Positions 26,627 to 35,094 of a stretch of DNA of 64,000 nucleotides are shown here, one piece after another. Source of the DNA: an uncultured Acidimicrobiaceae bacterium (lineage in GTDB: Bacteria > Actinomycetota > Acidimicrobiia > Acidimicrobiales > MedAcidi-G1); assembly GCA_913030665.1 (NCBI GenBank), contig CAJWFS010000003.1, positions 101-64,100 of the forward strand, in the 5' to 3' direction. Numbering within the stretch: position 1 is the first letter of the stretch; each line of letters begins with the position of its first letter. The notes below the pieces were generated by a model. It ran no database searches. It was not told the origin of the DNA and saw only the letters and a program-made list of their open reading frames with translations. The position numbers were made by a program, and so were the translations under genes.

Positions 26627-27778
26627 TCACAGGAGGGTGGTGTCGGTGTCCAGGCCGAACCTGAGCCGGCCTGTCAACTCGTGGATCCGGGGGGCGACCA
26701 TGGCATGCGTGGCCGCCACCTGGCCATCGCGCACCATTCGCTGCAGTGGCTCCCTGAGGTAGACGGCAGCGCCACCGGCCTCGCGCTGCAGGTTGGTCAG
26801 GGCGTCGGCGCAGCGCTGGGCGGAGTCGCATGCGGCCAGCCGCAGGCTCCGCCGGTGCTCGATGGTGAGTGGGTCGCCGGCTTCCGCCGTGGTCCAGGCC
26901 TCACCGATCACGTCGTGGAGGAACGATCGGGTGGAGCGGGCGGTCGCCTCCGCGTTCGAAACGGTTGCCTGCCCCGTCGATCGTTCCGAGAGGGTCCGAC
27001 CCGAACCCTCGGGCTTCTTCGAGGTGGCCAGCTCGGCGAACCTGTCGACGGCTCCATCCAGCAGGCCGATGGATACGGCGGCTATGCCCATGGCCAGCAT
27101 CCCGTAGAAGGGGAAGCGCCACTGGGGTCCGTCGAGTCGGGGGGTGGCGGTCATGAGTTGCGTCCACCGACCCTCGGGGACGAAGGCGTCGGCGACCCTG
27201 TAGTCGGCCGAGCCGCTGCCGGAGAGTCCCGTCACATGCCAGGTGTCGAGGTGCTCGACGTCGGTCCGGTCGAAGAACACGAACGGGGCGTAGAGGCCGT
27301 CGTGGCGTCGCAGCGGTGAACCTTCGGCATCGACGATGCGTGCGCCGCCGCCGATCCAGGTGCAGTGCTGTGTTCCCGATCCCCAGGCCCAGGTTCCGGT
27401 GACCTGCAGGCCGCCGTCGACGATGCGGGCCGTGCCGACGGGGGCGGCGTAGCCGCCGGTGCAGGAGTCGGCCGGGCCATAGATCTCTCGGGCATGAGGT
27501 TCGTCCAGGAATCCGGCCAGCAGCGACGTGGTGCCGGCAATCATGACGCACCAGCCTGCGCCTCCGTCGTGGCGGGACACCTCAGCGATCACGTCGATGG
27601 CGGTCGCCACGTCGGCCTCGGGGCCTCCGAGGCTGGTCGGCGTGAACATCCGGAAGAGGCCTGCCTCGGTGAGGTCGGTGACGACGTCGTCGGGGAGCGT
27701 ACGGGTGGCCTCGATCTGCTCGGATCGGCCGGCGAGGGATGGCCCGAGTCCACGGGCCTGCTGGAGGAGGTCGACCAT
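26627..27778 (-). CDS. acyl-CoA-dehydrogenase-fold protein (ACAD or flavin-dependent monooxygenase type)
   Basis: 'GLFRMFTPTSLGGPE', 'HDGGAGWCVMIAGT', 'VTGTWAWGSG'. There is no clear C-terminal catalytic Glu motif. Confidence 0.8.
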   Translation of the reverse strand: MVDLLQQARGLGPSLAGRSEQIEATRTLPDDVVTDLTEAGLFRMFTPTSLGGPEADVATAIDVIAEVSRHDGGAGWCVMIAGTTSLLAGFLDEPHAREIYGPADSCTGGYAAPVGTARIVDGGLQVTGTWAWGSGTQHCTWIGGGARIVDAEGSPLRRHDGLYAPFVFFDRTDVEHLDTWHVTGLSGSGSADYRVADAFVPEGRWTQLMTATPRLDGPQWRFPFYGMLAMGIAAVSIGLLDGAVDRFAELATSKKPEGSGRTLSERSTGQATVSNAEATARSTRSFLHDVIGEAWTTAEAGDPLTIEHRRSLRLAACDSAQRCADALTNLQREAGGAAVYLREPLQRMVRDGQVAATHAMVAPRIHELTGRLRFGLDTDTTLL

Positions 27779-27838
27779 GGGCCAAAACTAGAAGGAATAT
27801 CTAGTATTTGCAAATAAAACTGTAGGCAACATAGAGTC
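27779..27838. promoter_or_regulatory. AT-rich divergent promoter/operator region between the ACAD operon and tetR
   Basis: Palindrome CTAGA-N7-TCTAG (27788-27804). TTGCAA (27808-27813), 18 nt, then TAGAGT (27832-37) resembles a -35/-10 pair. Confidence 0.45.
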
Positions 27839-28474
27839 GTGTCTGTGAGGGATTCGGAAGTGGAACCATTGGGAGCCGTACCGGGCGGAAGGTCGGAGCG
27901 GACCCGACGGGTAGTCGTGGATGCGACCGTGGCACGCCTGCGTTCCGAGGGTGCCTTCACGGTGGAACAGGTGGCCGCCGATGTGGGGGTGAGCGTGGCG
28001 ACCATCTACAACCGCTTCCCCGAGGGGCGAGACGGCCTGCTGGCGGCGGCTTTCGACTCGGCGCTGGATCGGTTGGTTTCTGCAGGCGCCGTGCTGACCG
28101 TCGAACACCTGCTGGACCACGGCCTCGAGGCCACCGTGCGGGCCATGGTCGACGGCCTCGTCGCCGTCTTCACCGACGAGGCCCTCGTGATGCGCTCTGC
28201 TCTGGCCCGGTTGCCCGAGAGTCGGGTGCTCCGGGAGTCCTACCGCAGGCACGAGGCCGATGCCCGTTCCTGGAACCACCGGTTCGTCCAACTGGGCCAG
28301 GCAGCCGGTCGGATAACCGATGAGGACACGGCGGAACTGGCCGACGTACTGGTTGTGATGGGCCAGGGGTTGAACAACCCGGTGCTGCTCGGGTCGTCCC
28401 ATCGTGGTCGATTGGTTGACCACCTCACGGCGGCCCTCGTGGCCGTACTCAAACCCGGAGGACCGACAAGGTGA
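27839..28474 (+). CDS. TetR-family transcriptional regulator
   Basis: 'RTRRVVVDATVARLRSEGAFTVEQVAADVGVSVATIYNRFPEGRDGLL' is the HTH. The start is uncertain: GTG at 27839, 27845 or 27860, and it may be leaderless. Confidence 0.88.
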   Translation: MSVRDSEVEPLGAVPGGRSERTRRVVVDATVARLRSEGAFTVEQVAADVGVSVATIYNRFPEGRDGLLAAAFDSALDRLVSAGAVLTVEHLLDHGLEATVRAMVDGLVAVFTDEALVMRSALARLPESRVLRESYRRHEADARSWNHRFVQLGQAAGRITDEDTAELADVLVVMGQGLNNPVLLGSSHRGRLVDHLTAALVAVLKPGGPTR

Positions 28475-28725
28475 GCGAATCCACCACCGAAGGGCTCGTC
28501 GTCTACTGGCGCCCACTCTGCGGCTTCTGCCAACGGCTCCTGGAGGCGCTGGAGTCGGCTGGAATCCGACCGGAACTCCACGACATCTGGGAGGAACCGG
28601 AGGCGGCCGAGTTCGTCCGATCGGCGAACGGCGGCAAGGAGATCGTGCCCACGGTGGTGGTCGGCGGAACGGCCTACACCAACCCGCCGCCCGACCAGTT
28701 GGTGGCGCACCTCCTCCAGGCCTGA
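28471..28725 (+). CDS. mycoredoxin / actinobacterial glutaredoxin-like protein
   Basis: 'VVYWRPLCGFCQRL' (CxxC) and 'PEAAEFVRSANGGKEIVPTVVV' match my memory of the GlrX_actino family. The GTG start overlaps the tetR stop (GTGA), and GGAGGA lies 8 nt upstream. Confidence 0.85.
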   Translation: MSESTTEGLVVYWRPLCGFCQRLLEALESAGIRPELHDIWEEPEAAEFVRSANGGKEIVPTVVVGGTAYTNPPPDQLVAHLLQA

Positions 28726-28860
28726 CCGTCCTCAGGCCCAGCAGCGGTCGCTTCGGTGGCGCTAAACCGGGGGACGTGCGACCATTGGGGATCCGAGCGG
28801 ACTCGGTGGATCGCACCGACGGCGTTGCGACGACCCGCCCGGGGACAGAGGGGGTTGGAG

Positions 28861-29313
28861 ATGGAGGTCTCCGTCACCGTCAACGGTACCGGGCGTTCCG
28901 CCGACGTAGAGCCGCGCACGCTGCTGGTGCACTACCTGCGCGACGACCTGGGCCTGACAGGAACCAACATCGGTTGCGACACCAGTTCCTGTGGAGCGTG
29001 CACCGTGCTGGTGGATGGCCGGTCGGCCAAGTCGTGCACCCTGCTGGCCGCCCAGGTGGACGGCGCCGAGGTGACCACGATCGAGGGGCTGGCCACCGCC
29101 GATGGCCTGCACCCCATGCAGCAGGCCTTCCACGAGTGCCATGCGTTGCAGTGCGGCTACTGCACCCCGGGAATGGTCATGGCTGCCGTGTCGCTGGTCG
29201 ACGAGTACGACGACCTGGATGCGGCCGGTGTCCGGGTTGGCCTGGAGGGCAACCTCTGCCGCTGTACCGGCTACCAGAACATCGTCAGGGCCGTCCTGGC
29301 CGCCAGCGAATGA
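28861..29313 (+). CDS. [2Fe-2S]-binding small subunit of a CoxSLM / xanthine-dehydrogenase-family molybdo-hydroxylase
   Basis: '[16 protein letters not shown]', 'QCGYCTPG', '[11 protein letters not shown]'. The start was moved to ATG 28861. Confidence 0.92.
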   Translation: MEVSVTVNGTGRSADVEPRTLLVHYLRDDLGLTGTNIGCDTSSCGACTVLVDGRSAKSCTLLAAQVDGAEVTTIEGLATADGLHPMQQAFHECHALQCGYCTPGMVMAAVSLVDEYDDLDAAGVRVGLEGNLCRCTGYQNIVRAVLAASE

Positions 29314-29323
29314 GGGGTTCGAG

Positions 29324-31705
29324 ATGACCGACACCATGAGCCCGTTTGCCGGTGGAATTGTCGGCACCCCCCGACTCCGCAAGGAGGACCCGCCCCTGTT
29401 GACCGGGGAGTCCAAGTTCATCGACGACTTGCAGCTCCCCGGCGCGTTGTGGATCTCGCTCGTCCGCAGCCCGCACGCCCACGCCCGCATCGACGCCATC
29501 GACGCCTCGGCCGCGCTGGCAGTCGACGGCGTTGTCGCCGTGTACACCGGTGCTGACCTGGAGGGCGACTGGGCCGGCCCCCTGCCCTGTGCCTGGCCGG
29601 TCACCGACGACATGAAGAACCCTGCACATCTTCCCCTTGCCGTCGGCAAGGCCAACTTCGCAGGTGATGCGGTCGCCGTGGTTGTGGCCACATCGCGCTA
29701 CGCGGCTGCCGACGGAGTTGAGGGAGTGGTGGTCGACTACGAGCCGCTGGAGGCGGTGGTCGACGTGAGGGACGCCGCCAGCGACAGGTTGGTCATCCAC
29801 GAGGACTGCGGAACCAACGTCGCCTACGACTGGGAGCTCACGCCGGACCCCGACGGCGTTGCCGCCGCCTTCCAGGACGCGGTCCACCACGTGACCGAGA
29901 CCTACGTGCACCAGCGGCTCATACCCGCGCCGATGGAGACCCGGGGCGTGGCCGTCGTACCGGCTCCGCACAACGGCGACATGACGCTCTACTCGTCGAC
30001 CCAGATCCCCCACGTGCTGAAGGTGATGGCCTCCCTCACCCTGGGTGTGCCGGAGCAGAAGCTGCGGGTGGTGGCCCCGAGCGTGGGCGGTGGATTCGGC
30101 TGCAAGTTGAACGTCTACGCGGAGGAGCTGGTCTGCATGACGCTGGCCAACCGCCACGGCGTGCCGGTGCGGTGGACCGAGACCCGTACCGAGGCCTCAA
30201 CGGCGACAATCCAGGGCAGGGCACAGCGCCAGACCATCGAGCTGGCCGCCGACGCCGACGGGAAGCTAACGGGCGTGCGGGCCACCCTCCTGGCCGACAT
30301 GGGGGCGTACCTGCAACTGGTGGGCCCTGGTGTTCCGCTGCTCGGGGCGTTCCTATACCACGGCCTCTACGACGTGCCCGTTTACTCGTTCACCTGTCGG
30401 AGCGTGTTCACCAACCTGACGCCGACCGATGCCTACAGGGGTGCCGGTCGTCCGGAGGCCACCTACGCCATCGAACGTGCCATGGACTCCCTTGCGGTGG
30501 CCGTGGGCGTGGGCCAGGACGAGATCCGGTCTCGGAACTTCATCCCGACCGAGAAGTTCCCGTACGACTCCCCGGCCGGCCTGATCTTTGACTCGGGCAA
30601 CTATCAGCCGACACTGGACCGGGCCAAGGAACTCGTGGACTGGGACGGGCGACGGGCCGAGCAGGCCGAACGCCGTGCCACCGGGTCGACGATGCACCTG
30701 GGTCTGGGCATCTCGTCCTACGTCGAAATGTGCGGCCTCGCCCCCAGCCGTACGCTGGCTGCCTTAAATTACGGCGCCGGTGGCTGGGAGTCGGCCACCG
30801 TCCGGATCCTGCCGACGTGCAAGGTCCAGGTGGTCACGGGTGCCACGCCCCACGGCCAGGGACATGAGACCTCCTGGTCGATGATCGTGGCCGACAGGCT
30901 GGGAGTGGATCCCGACGACGTCGAGGTACTGCATTCCGACACGGCGATCAGCCCGCTGGGTATGGACACCTACGGGTCCCGGTCGCTGTCGGTGGGTGGG
31001 ACGGCGCTCTGGATGGCCACCGACAAGGTCGTCGAGAAGGCCCGGGCCATTGCGGCGCACATGCTGGAGGCAAGCGCCGAGGACCTGGAGTTCGCTGGCG
31101 GCACCTTCACGGTGAAGGGCAGCCCCGACAAGGAGGTCCCGCTGGCCGGCGTGGCGTTCGGGGCATTCACCGCCCACGACCTTCCCGACGGCATGGAGCC
31201 CAACCTGGAGGCCCAGGTCACCTGGGACCCGGGGAACTTCGTGTTCCCGTTCGGAACCCACATCGCCGTGGTGGAGGTCGACGAGGAGACCGGGGCCGTC
31301 GAGTTGGTCGACTACGCGGCGGTGGACGACTGCGGCAACCAGATCAACCCGATGATCGTGGAGGGCCAGCTGCACGGAGGCATCGTCCAGGGTGTGGCCC
31401 AGGCCCTCTGGGAGGAGGCCATCTACGACGCCGACGGGCAGCTCCGGTCGGCCAATCTGGCCGACTACCTGGTTCCCTCGGCCGCTGAGTGCATCGACAT
31501 GAAGCTGGACCACACGGTGACGCCGTCGCCCACCAACCCGATGGGGGTGAAGGGCATCGGCGAGGCTGGGACCATCGCCTCGACCCCGGCCGTGATGAAC
31601 GCCGTGGTGGACGCGCTGCGACCCATGGGCATCACGGACGTGAGGATGCCGGCGTCGCCTATGACCGTGAGACGGGCCATCGAGGCAGCGGGAGGCGCGT
31701 CATGA
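29324..31705 (+). CDS. molybdopterin-binding large subunit (CoxL form-II-like)
   Basis: 'GTPRLRKEDPPLLTGESKFIDD', the active-site loop 'AYRGAGRPEA', and 'GGGFGCK'. The start was moved to ATG 29324. Confidence 0.92.
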   Translation: MTDTMSPFAGGIVGTPRLRKEDPPLLTGESKFIDDLQLPGALWISLVRSPHAHARIDAIDASAALAVDGVVAVYTGADLEGDWAGPLPCAWPVTDDMKNPAHLPLAVGKANFAGDAVAVVVATSRYAAADGVEGVVVDYEPLEAVVDVRDAASDRLVIHEDCGTNVAYDWELTPDPDGVAAAFQDAVHHVTETYVHQRLIPAPMETRGVAVVPAPHNGDMTLYSSTQIPHVLKVMASLTLGVPEQKLRVVAPSVGGGFGCKLNVYAEELVCMTLANRHGVPVRWTETRTEASTATIQGRAQRQTIELAADADGKLTGVRATLLADMGAYLQLVGPGVPLLGAFLYHGLYDVPVYSFTCRSVFTNLTPTDAYRGAGRPEATYAIERAMDSLAVAVGVGQDEIRSRNFIPTEKFPYDSPAGLIFDSGNYQPTLDRAKELVDWDGRRAEQAERRATGSTMHLGLGISSYVEMCGLAPSRTLAALNYGAGGWESATVRILPTCKVQVVTGATPHGQGHETSWSMIVADRLGVDPDDVEVLHSDTAISPLGMDTYGSRSLSVGGTALWMATDKVVEKARAIAAHMLEASAEDLEFAGGTFTVKGSPDKEVPLAGVAFGAFTAHDLPDGMEPNLEAQVTWDPGNFVFPFGTHIAVVEVDEETGAVELVDYAAVDDCGNQINPMIVEGQLHGGIVQGVAQALWEEAIYDADGQLRSANLADYLVPSAAECIDMKLDHTVTPSPTNPMGVKGIGEAGTIASTPAVMNAVVDALRPMGITDVRMPASPMTVRRAIEAAGGAS

Positions 31706-32517
31706 TCCCGGCGGCGGTGGACTACGTCAGGGCCGACTCGGTTGAGGCTGCGATCGCAGCGCTCGTCGAGCACGGCGACGAGGCCAAGCTGCTGGCCGGT
31801 GGCCAGTCCCTGCTACCGCTTATGAGGCTCCGACTGGCCACGCCCACCGTGCTGGTCGACGTGGGCCGGGCGACCGACCTGGCCGGCATCTCGGTGGAGG
31901 GCGACACGGTCTCGATCGGAGCCCTGACCACCCACAGCACGCTGGAACATTCAGCGGAGCTGGCGGTGGCCTGTCCGCTGCTGGCCCACGTGGCCTCGGT
32001 GGTGGGTGACCCGGCGGTGCGCCACCGAGGCACCCTGGGTGGCTCGGTGGCGCACGCCGACCCGGCGTCGGACCTGCCGGCTGCCGTGCTGGCCCTCGGA
32101 GGGACGCTGGTGGTCGCAGGCCCCGGTGGTACGCGGGAGGTCGCTGCGACCGACTTCTTCACCGGCTTCCTGGAGTCGGTGCTGGGCGTCGACGAGGTGC
32201 TGACCGAGGTCCGCGTGCCGGTCTCAACCGGTGGATGGTCGTACCAGAAGTTCAACCGGCGTGCCCAGGACTGGGCCATCGTCGGGGTGGTGGTGGCCGA
32301 GGGTGGCGCCGGCGTGTCGCTGGTGAACATGGCCTCCACACCGATGCGGGCCACGGCGGTTGAGGCTGCTGTGGCCGGTGGTGCCTCGGCGACAGACGCT
32401 GCTGCGGGCGCTGCGGACGGCACCGAACCACCGACCGACAACCAGGCCGACGGTGCCTACAGGGAGCACCTGGCGCGGGTCCTGACCGCCCGGGCACTCA
32501 CTGCCGCTGGTAGGTAG
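31702..32517 (+). CDS. FAD-binding medium subunit (CoxM-like)
   Basis: 'LLAGGQSLLPLMRLRLATP' and 'GTLGGSVAHADPASDLP'. The ATG at 31702 overlaps the large-subunit stop (ATGA). Confidence 0.9.
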   Translation: MIPAAVDYVRADSVEAAIAALVEHGDEAKLLAGGQSLLPLMRLRLATPTVLVDVGRATDLAGISVEGDTVSIGALTTHSTLEHSAELAVACPLLAHVASVVGDPAVRHRGTLGGSVAHADPASDLPAAVLALGGTLVVAGPGGTREVAATDFFTGFLESVLGVDEVLTEVRVPVSTGGWSYQKFNRRAQDWAIVGVVVAEGGAGVSLVNMASTPMRATAVEAAVAGGASATDAAAGAADGTEPPTDNQADGAYREHLARVLTARALTAAGR

Positions 32518-32558
32518 GGGCCAGGAACGGAACTGCCGCGGGGTTGGCGGTTCCCGGT

Positions 32559-33587
32559 TCAGGGACCTCCGGGGAGCGACTCGCACGGCTCGCCATCGCC
32601 GTCCCCGTCTAGGCGCGCCACGTCGCCGTAGGCATCTGCATAGGTGTCGAACCAGGCCTTGGCTGTCGCGTAGTCGTCGAAGTCTCCGCAGTTCCTGACA
32701 TCGCCGGGATTCGGTGGGTCGTCGCCGTTCTCCGGTTTGCCCAGATCCATGGGTTCTCCGAGGTCGATGGGTTCACCCAGGCTGATGATCGCTGTCGGAG
32801 CGACGTCGGCCCATGGGTCACCGTCGCAGGTGGCGAGCATGTCGGCCAGTGCCGCCAACTCCGGGGAGGTCACGGTGAGGGACCAACGGAGCTTGATGTC
32901 GACCCACGTGTCGGCGTAGCGGCACCGGTAGCTCGGATCAAAGTCCGGATACCGGTCTCCGGGCCACTCGTCGGGGCCACGGTCGCCCTTGGAGCGGTTG
33001 GCGGAGGCGGTCACGGCGATCAGGTGTCGGGGGTCGGTCAGGTCGTTGGCATAGCGCTGCTTCGTGTCCCGGGTCCAGTCCCAACCGCCGGACCGGTGGG
33101 CATTGGCCAGCGGGACGAAGTGGTCGACGTCGAGGGAGCGGGGGTCCTCCACGATGGTGCCGGTGAACGCCGTCAACCAGCGGCCGCCGGCCACCAGGCA
33201 GCCGTCGTCCCGCAGGAACGGGGAAGCGGTCGCCTCGGCCATGAGCACCTCGTGGCGGGTGTTCAGGCAGTCTCCGTCGTCATCTGACCAGCCCCCCCAG
33301 TCGTCCCTGCTGTAGCCCTCAGCGTGCGGGTCGTCGTCCACCGCGAGTAGGGCGAGGACCGAGTTGGGCCAGGTGGCCGCCTCCGTCGGGGTCGAGGTCG
33401 TGGGAGCAACCTCTGTCATCGGGACCGTGGTGGAGGGAGCTGTCGTGCCTGTCGGAGCGCTGGTGGTCGATGGTGCGTCCGTGGTCGGCGCGTCGCCCGT
33501 GCTGCCTGAACCCACTCCGGCGCCACAGGCGGAGCCGACCATTACCAGGAGCGCGATGGCTCCCGTCCGCCAGGCGAAGTACGGCAC
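32559..33587 (-). CDS. secreted lipoprotein with a DUF1524/HNH-type nuclease domain and a C-terminal Excalibur Ca-binding domain
   Basis: Signal/lipobox 'ALLVMVGSAC', a Thr/Pro-rich linker, 'LDVDHFVPLANAHRSGGWDW...HLIAVTASANRSKGDRGPDEW', and the C-terminal 'NCGDFDDYATAKAWFD...DGDGDGEPCE'. Confidence 0.8.
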   Translation of the reverse strand: MPYFAWRTGAIALLVMVGSACGAGVGSGSTGDAPTTDAPSTTSAPTGTTAPSTTVPMTEVAPTTSTPTEAATWPNSVLALLAVDDDPHAEGYSRDDWGGWSDDDGDCLNTRHEVLMAEATASPFLRDDGCLVAGGRWLTAFTGTIVEDPRSLDVDHFVPLANAHRSGGWDWTRDTKQRYANDLTDPRHLIAVTASANRSKGDRGPDEWPGDRYPDFDPSYRCRYADTWVDIKLRWSLTVTSPELAALADMLATCDGDPWADVAPTAIISLGEPIDLGEPMDLGKPENGDDPPNPGDVRNCGDFDDYATAKAWFDTYADAYGDVARLDGDGDGEPCESLPGGP

Positions 33588-33634
33588 CGTGCAATGTTTT
33601 CACGTCGGCGCCCACCGTGCGGGTCGATCGACGG

Positions 33635-35017
33635 TCAGGAACGTCGGAGGAGGCGGTTCAACCAGTCGATCCGGCGGGTCGGGCGACCGGTCCTGGCTTC
33701 AGCTCGGTCGGCACTCGCCGCCAGGCGGAGGCCTGCGTTGATGCCGATCCAGCGGAACGGCTCGGGCTCCCACTTCCGGGCCACGTGGTCCACCCACGGA
33801 AGGTCGGTCCGGTCGCTCGCCGTCCCGGTGACCAGTTCGGCGATGGTCTGGCCGGCCAGCTTGGCGGTGGCCACACCGTCGCCCACGTAGCCGCCTCCCC
33901 ATGCCATGCCGGTAGCCCTGTCCAAGCCGACCGACGGCGTCCAGTCCCTGGAGAGGCCAAGCACGCCACCCCACCGGTGGGTGATCGCGGCGTCTCCGAC
34001 CATGGGAAACATCTGTCGGACGGTGGCTTCCACCGCGTCGTGGATCGGGTGGTGGGTGCCGGTGGTGGAAACCACCTTCGACCCGAACCTGTACGGGGCA
34101 CCGCGGCCTCCCACGGCGAGGCGGCCATCGGCGGTCCGTTGTCCGTAGATGATGAGGTTCCGACCGTCGCCGAAGGTGGGGCGATCGGTCAGGCCGATCT
34201 CCTCCCAGACGTTGGCCGGGAGCGGCTCGGTGGCCACCATCATGGAGTAGACGGGGGCGATGGTCCGGCGGTGACCTGCCAGGTCCCGGGTGTAGCCCTC
34301 GGTGGCGCGCACCACGACCCCGGCCCGGACCGTTCCCCTGTCGGTTACCACCCGGGCCGATCCGGAACCGTCCGCCGGTTGGATGGCCCGGACGGCGGTC
34401 TCCTCGTGGATGGTCCCGCCGAGCCTCTCCACGGTTTCGGCCAGTCCCCGGACGAGACGGCAGGGGTGGATGGCGGCGACGTGCGCGTTGAACCAGCCGC
34501 CCACCACGTCCGTGGCGTTGCAGAACCGGCGGGCCTCGTCGGCGCCCACCCAGCGGACGTCGTCGGCGGACAGGCCCAGGTCGTGTCGTGCCCGGACCCC
34601 GGCCGATATCCGGTCGGCCTGGACGGAGCTGCGGGCCAGGTCGATCCAGCCACCCTTCGCATAGTGGGCGTCGATGCCCTCGGCGTCGGCCACCCGCCCG
34701 ATGTCGTCGATGGCTTCGTACAGAGCCCGCATCTGGCGGAGGGCGGCCCCGGTGCCGGCCCGGGCCGCCCAGTCCATGGGGCTGATGCTGTACTCGCCCA
34801 GGGCCCATCCGCCGTTGCGTCCCGAGGCGCCGTAACCGGCGACCTTCCGTTCCAGGACCACGACCCGGATCCTCGGGTCCAGGCGGAGCAGGTGGTAGGC
34901 GGTCCAGAGGCCGGTGTAGCCGGCCCCCACGATGGCCACGTCGGCGTCCCGGTCGCCGGGCAGGGCCGTGCGGGGCGCGAACGAGCCCGGCACCGTGTCG
35001 TGCCAGAGCGACACCAT
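33635..35017 (-). CDS. FAD-dependent oxidoreductase, DAO family (gamma-glutamylputrescine-oxidase-like)
   Basis: 'DVAIVGAGYTGLWTAYHL' and 'GASGRNGGW'. I chose the start ATG at 35017 ('MVSLWHD', GAGGA upstream); GTG 35074 is an alternative. The track start at 35431 overlaps the next gene. Confidence 0.85.
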   Translation of the reverse strand: MVSLWHDTVPGSFAPRTALPGDRDADVAIVGAGYTGLWTAYHLLRLDPRIRVVVLERKVAGYGASGRNGGWALGEYSISPMDWAARAGTGAALRQMRALYEAIDDIGRVADAEGIDAHYAKGGWIDLARSSVQADRISAGVRARHDLGLSADDVRWVGADEARRFCNATDVVGGWFNAHVAAIHPCRLVRGLAETVERLGGTIHEETAVRAIQPADGSGSARVVTDRGTVRAGVVVRATEGYTRDLAGHRRTIAPVYSMMVATEPLPANVWEEIGLTDRPTFGDGRNLIIYGQRTADGRLAVGGRGAPYRFGSKVVSTTGTHHPIHDAVEATVRQMFPMVGDAAITHRWGGVLGLSRDWTPSVGLDRATGMAWGGGYVGDGVATAKLAGQTIAELVTGTASDRTDLPWVDHVARKWEPEPFRWIGINAGLRLAASADRAEARTGRPTRRIDWLNRLLRRS

Positions 35018-35094
35018 CCGGTAACGGGGATCCTCGGAGGCGTCGACCGGCGGTCCATCCGGTTGGGGGTGCACGGCTGAGAACCTAGGGCCCG

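Noticed and set aside
33470-35080. A 536-aa plus-strand ORF antisense to the FAD oxidoreductase. The long antisense ORFs at 40765-42066(-), 57299-58621(-) and 58625-60013(-) are the same kind of object.
   Set aside because: All are low-complexity Arg/Pro/Gly-rich translations lying opposite genes with clear family motifs. This is the expected artefact of ~70% GC DNA.
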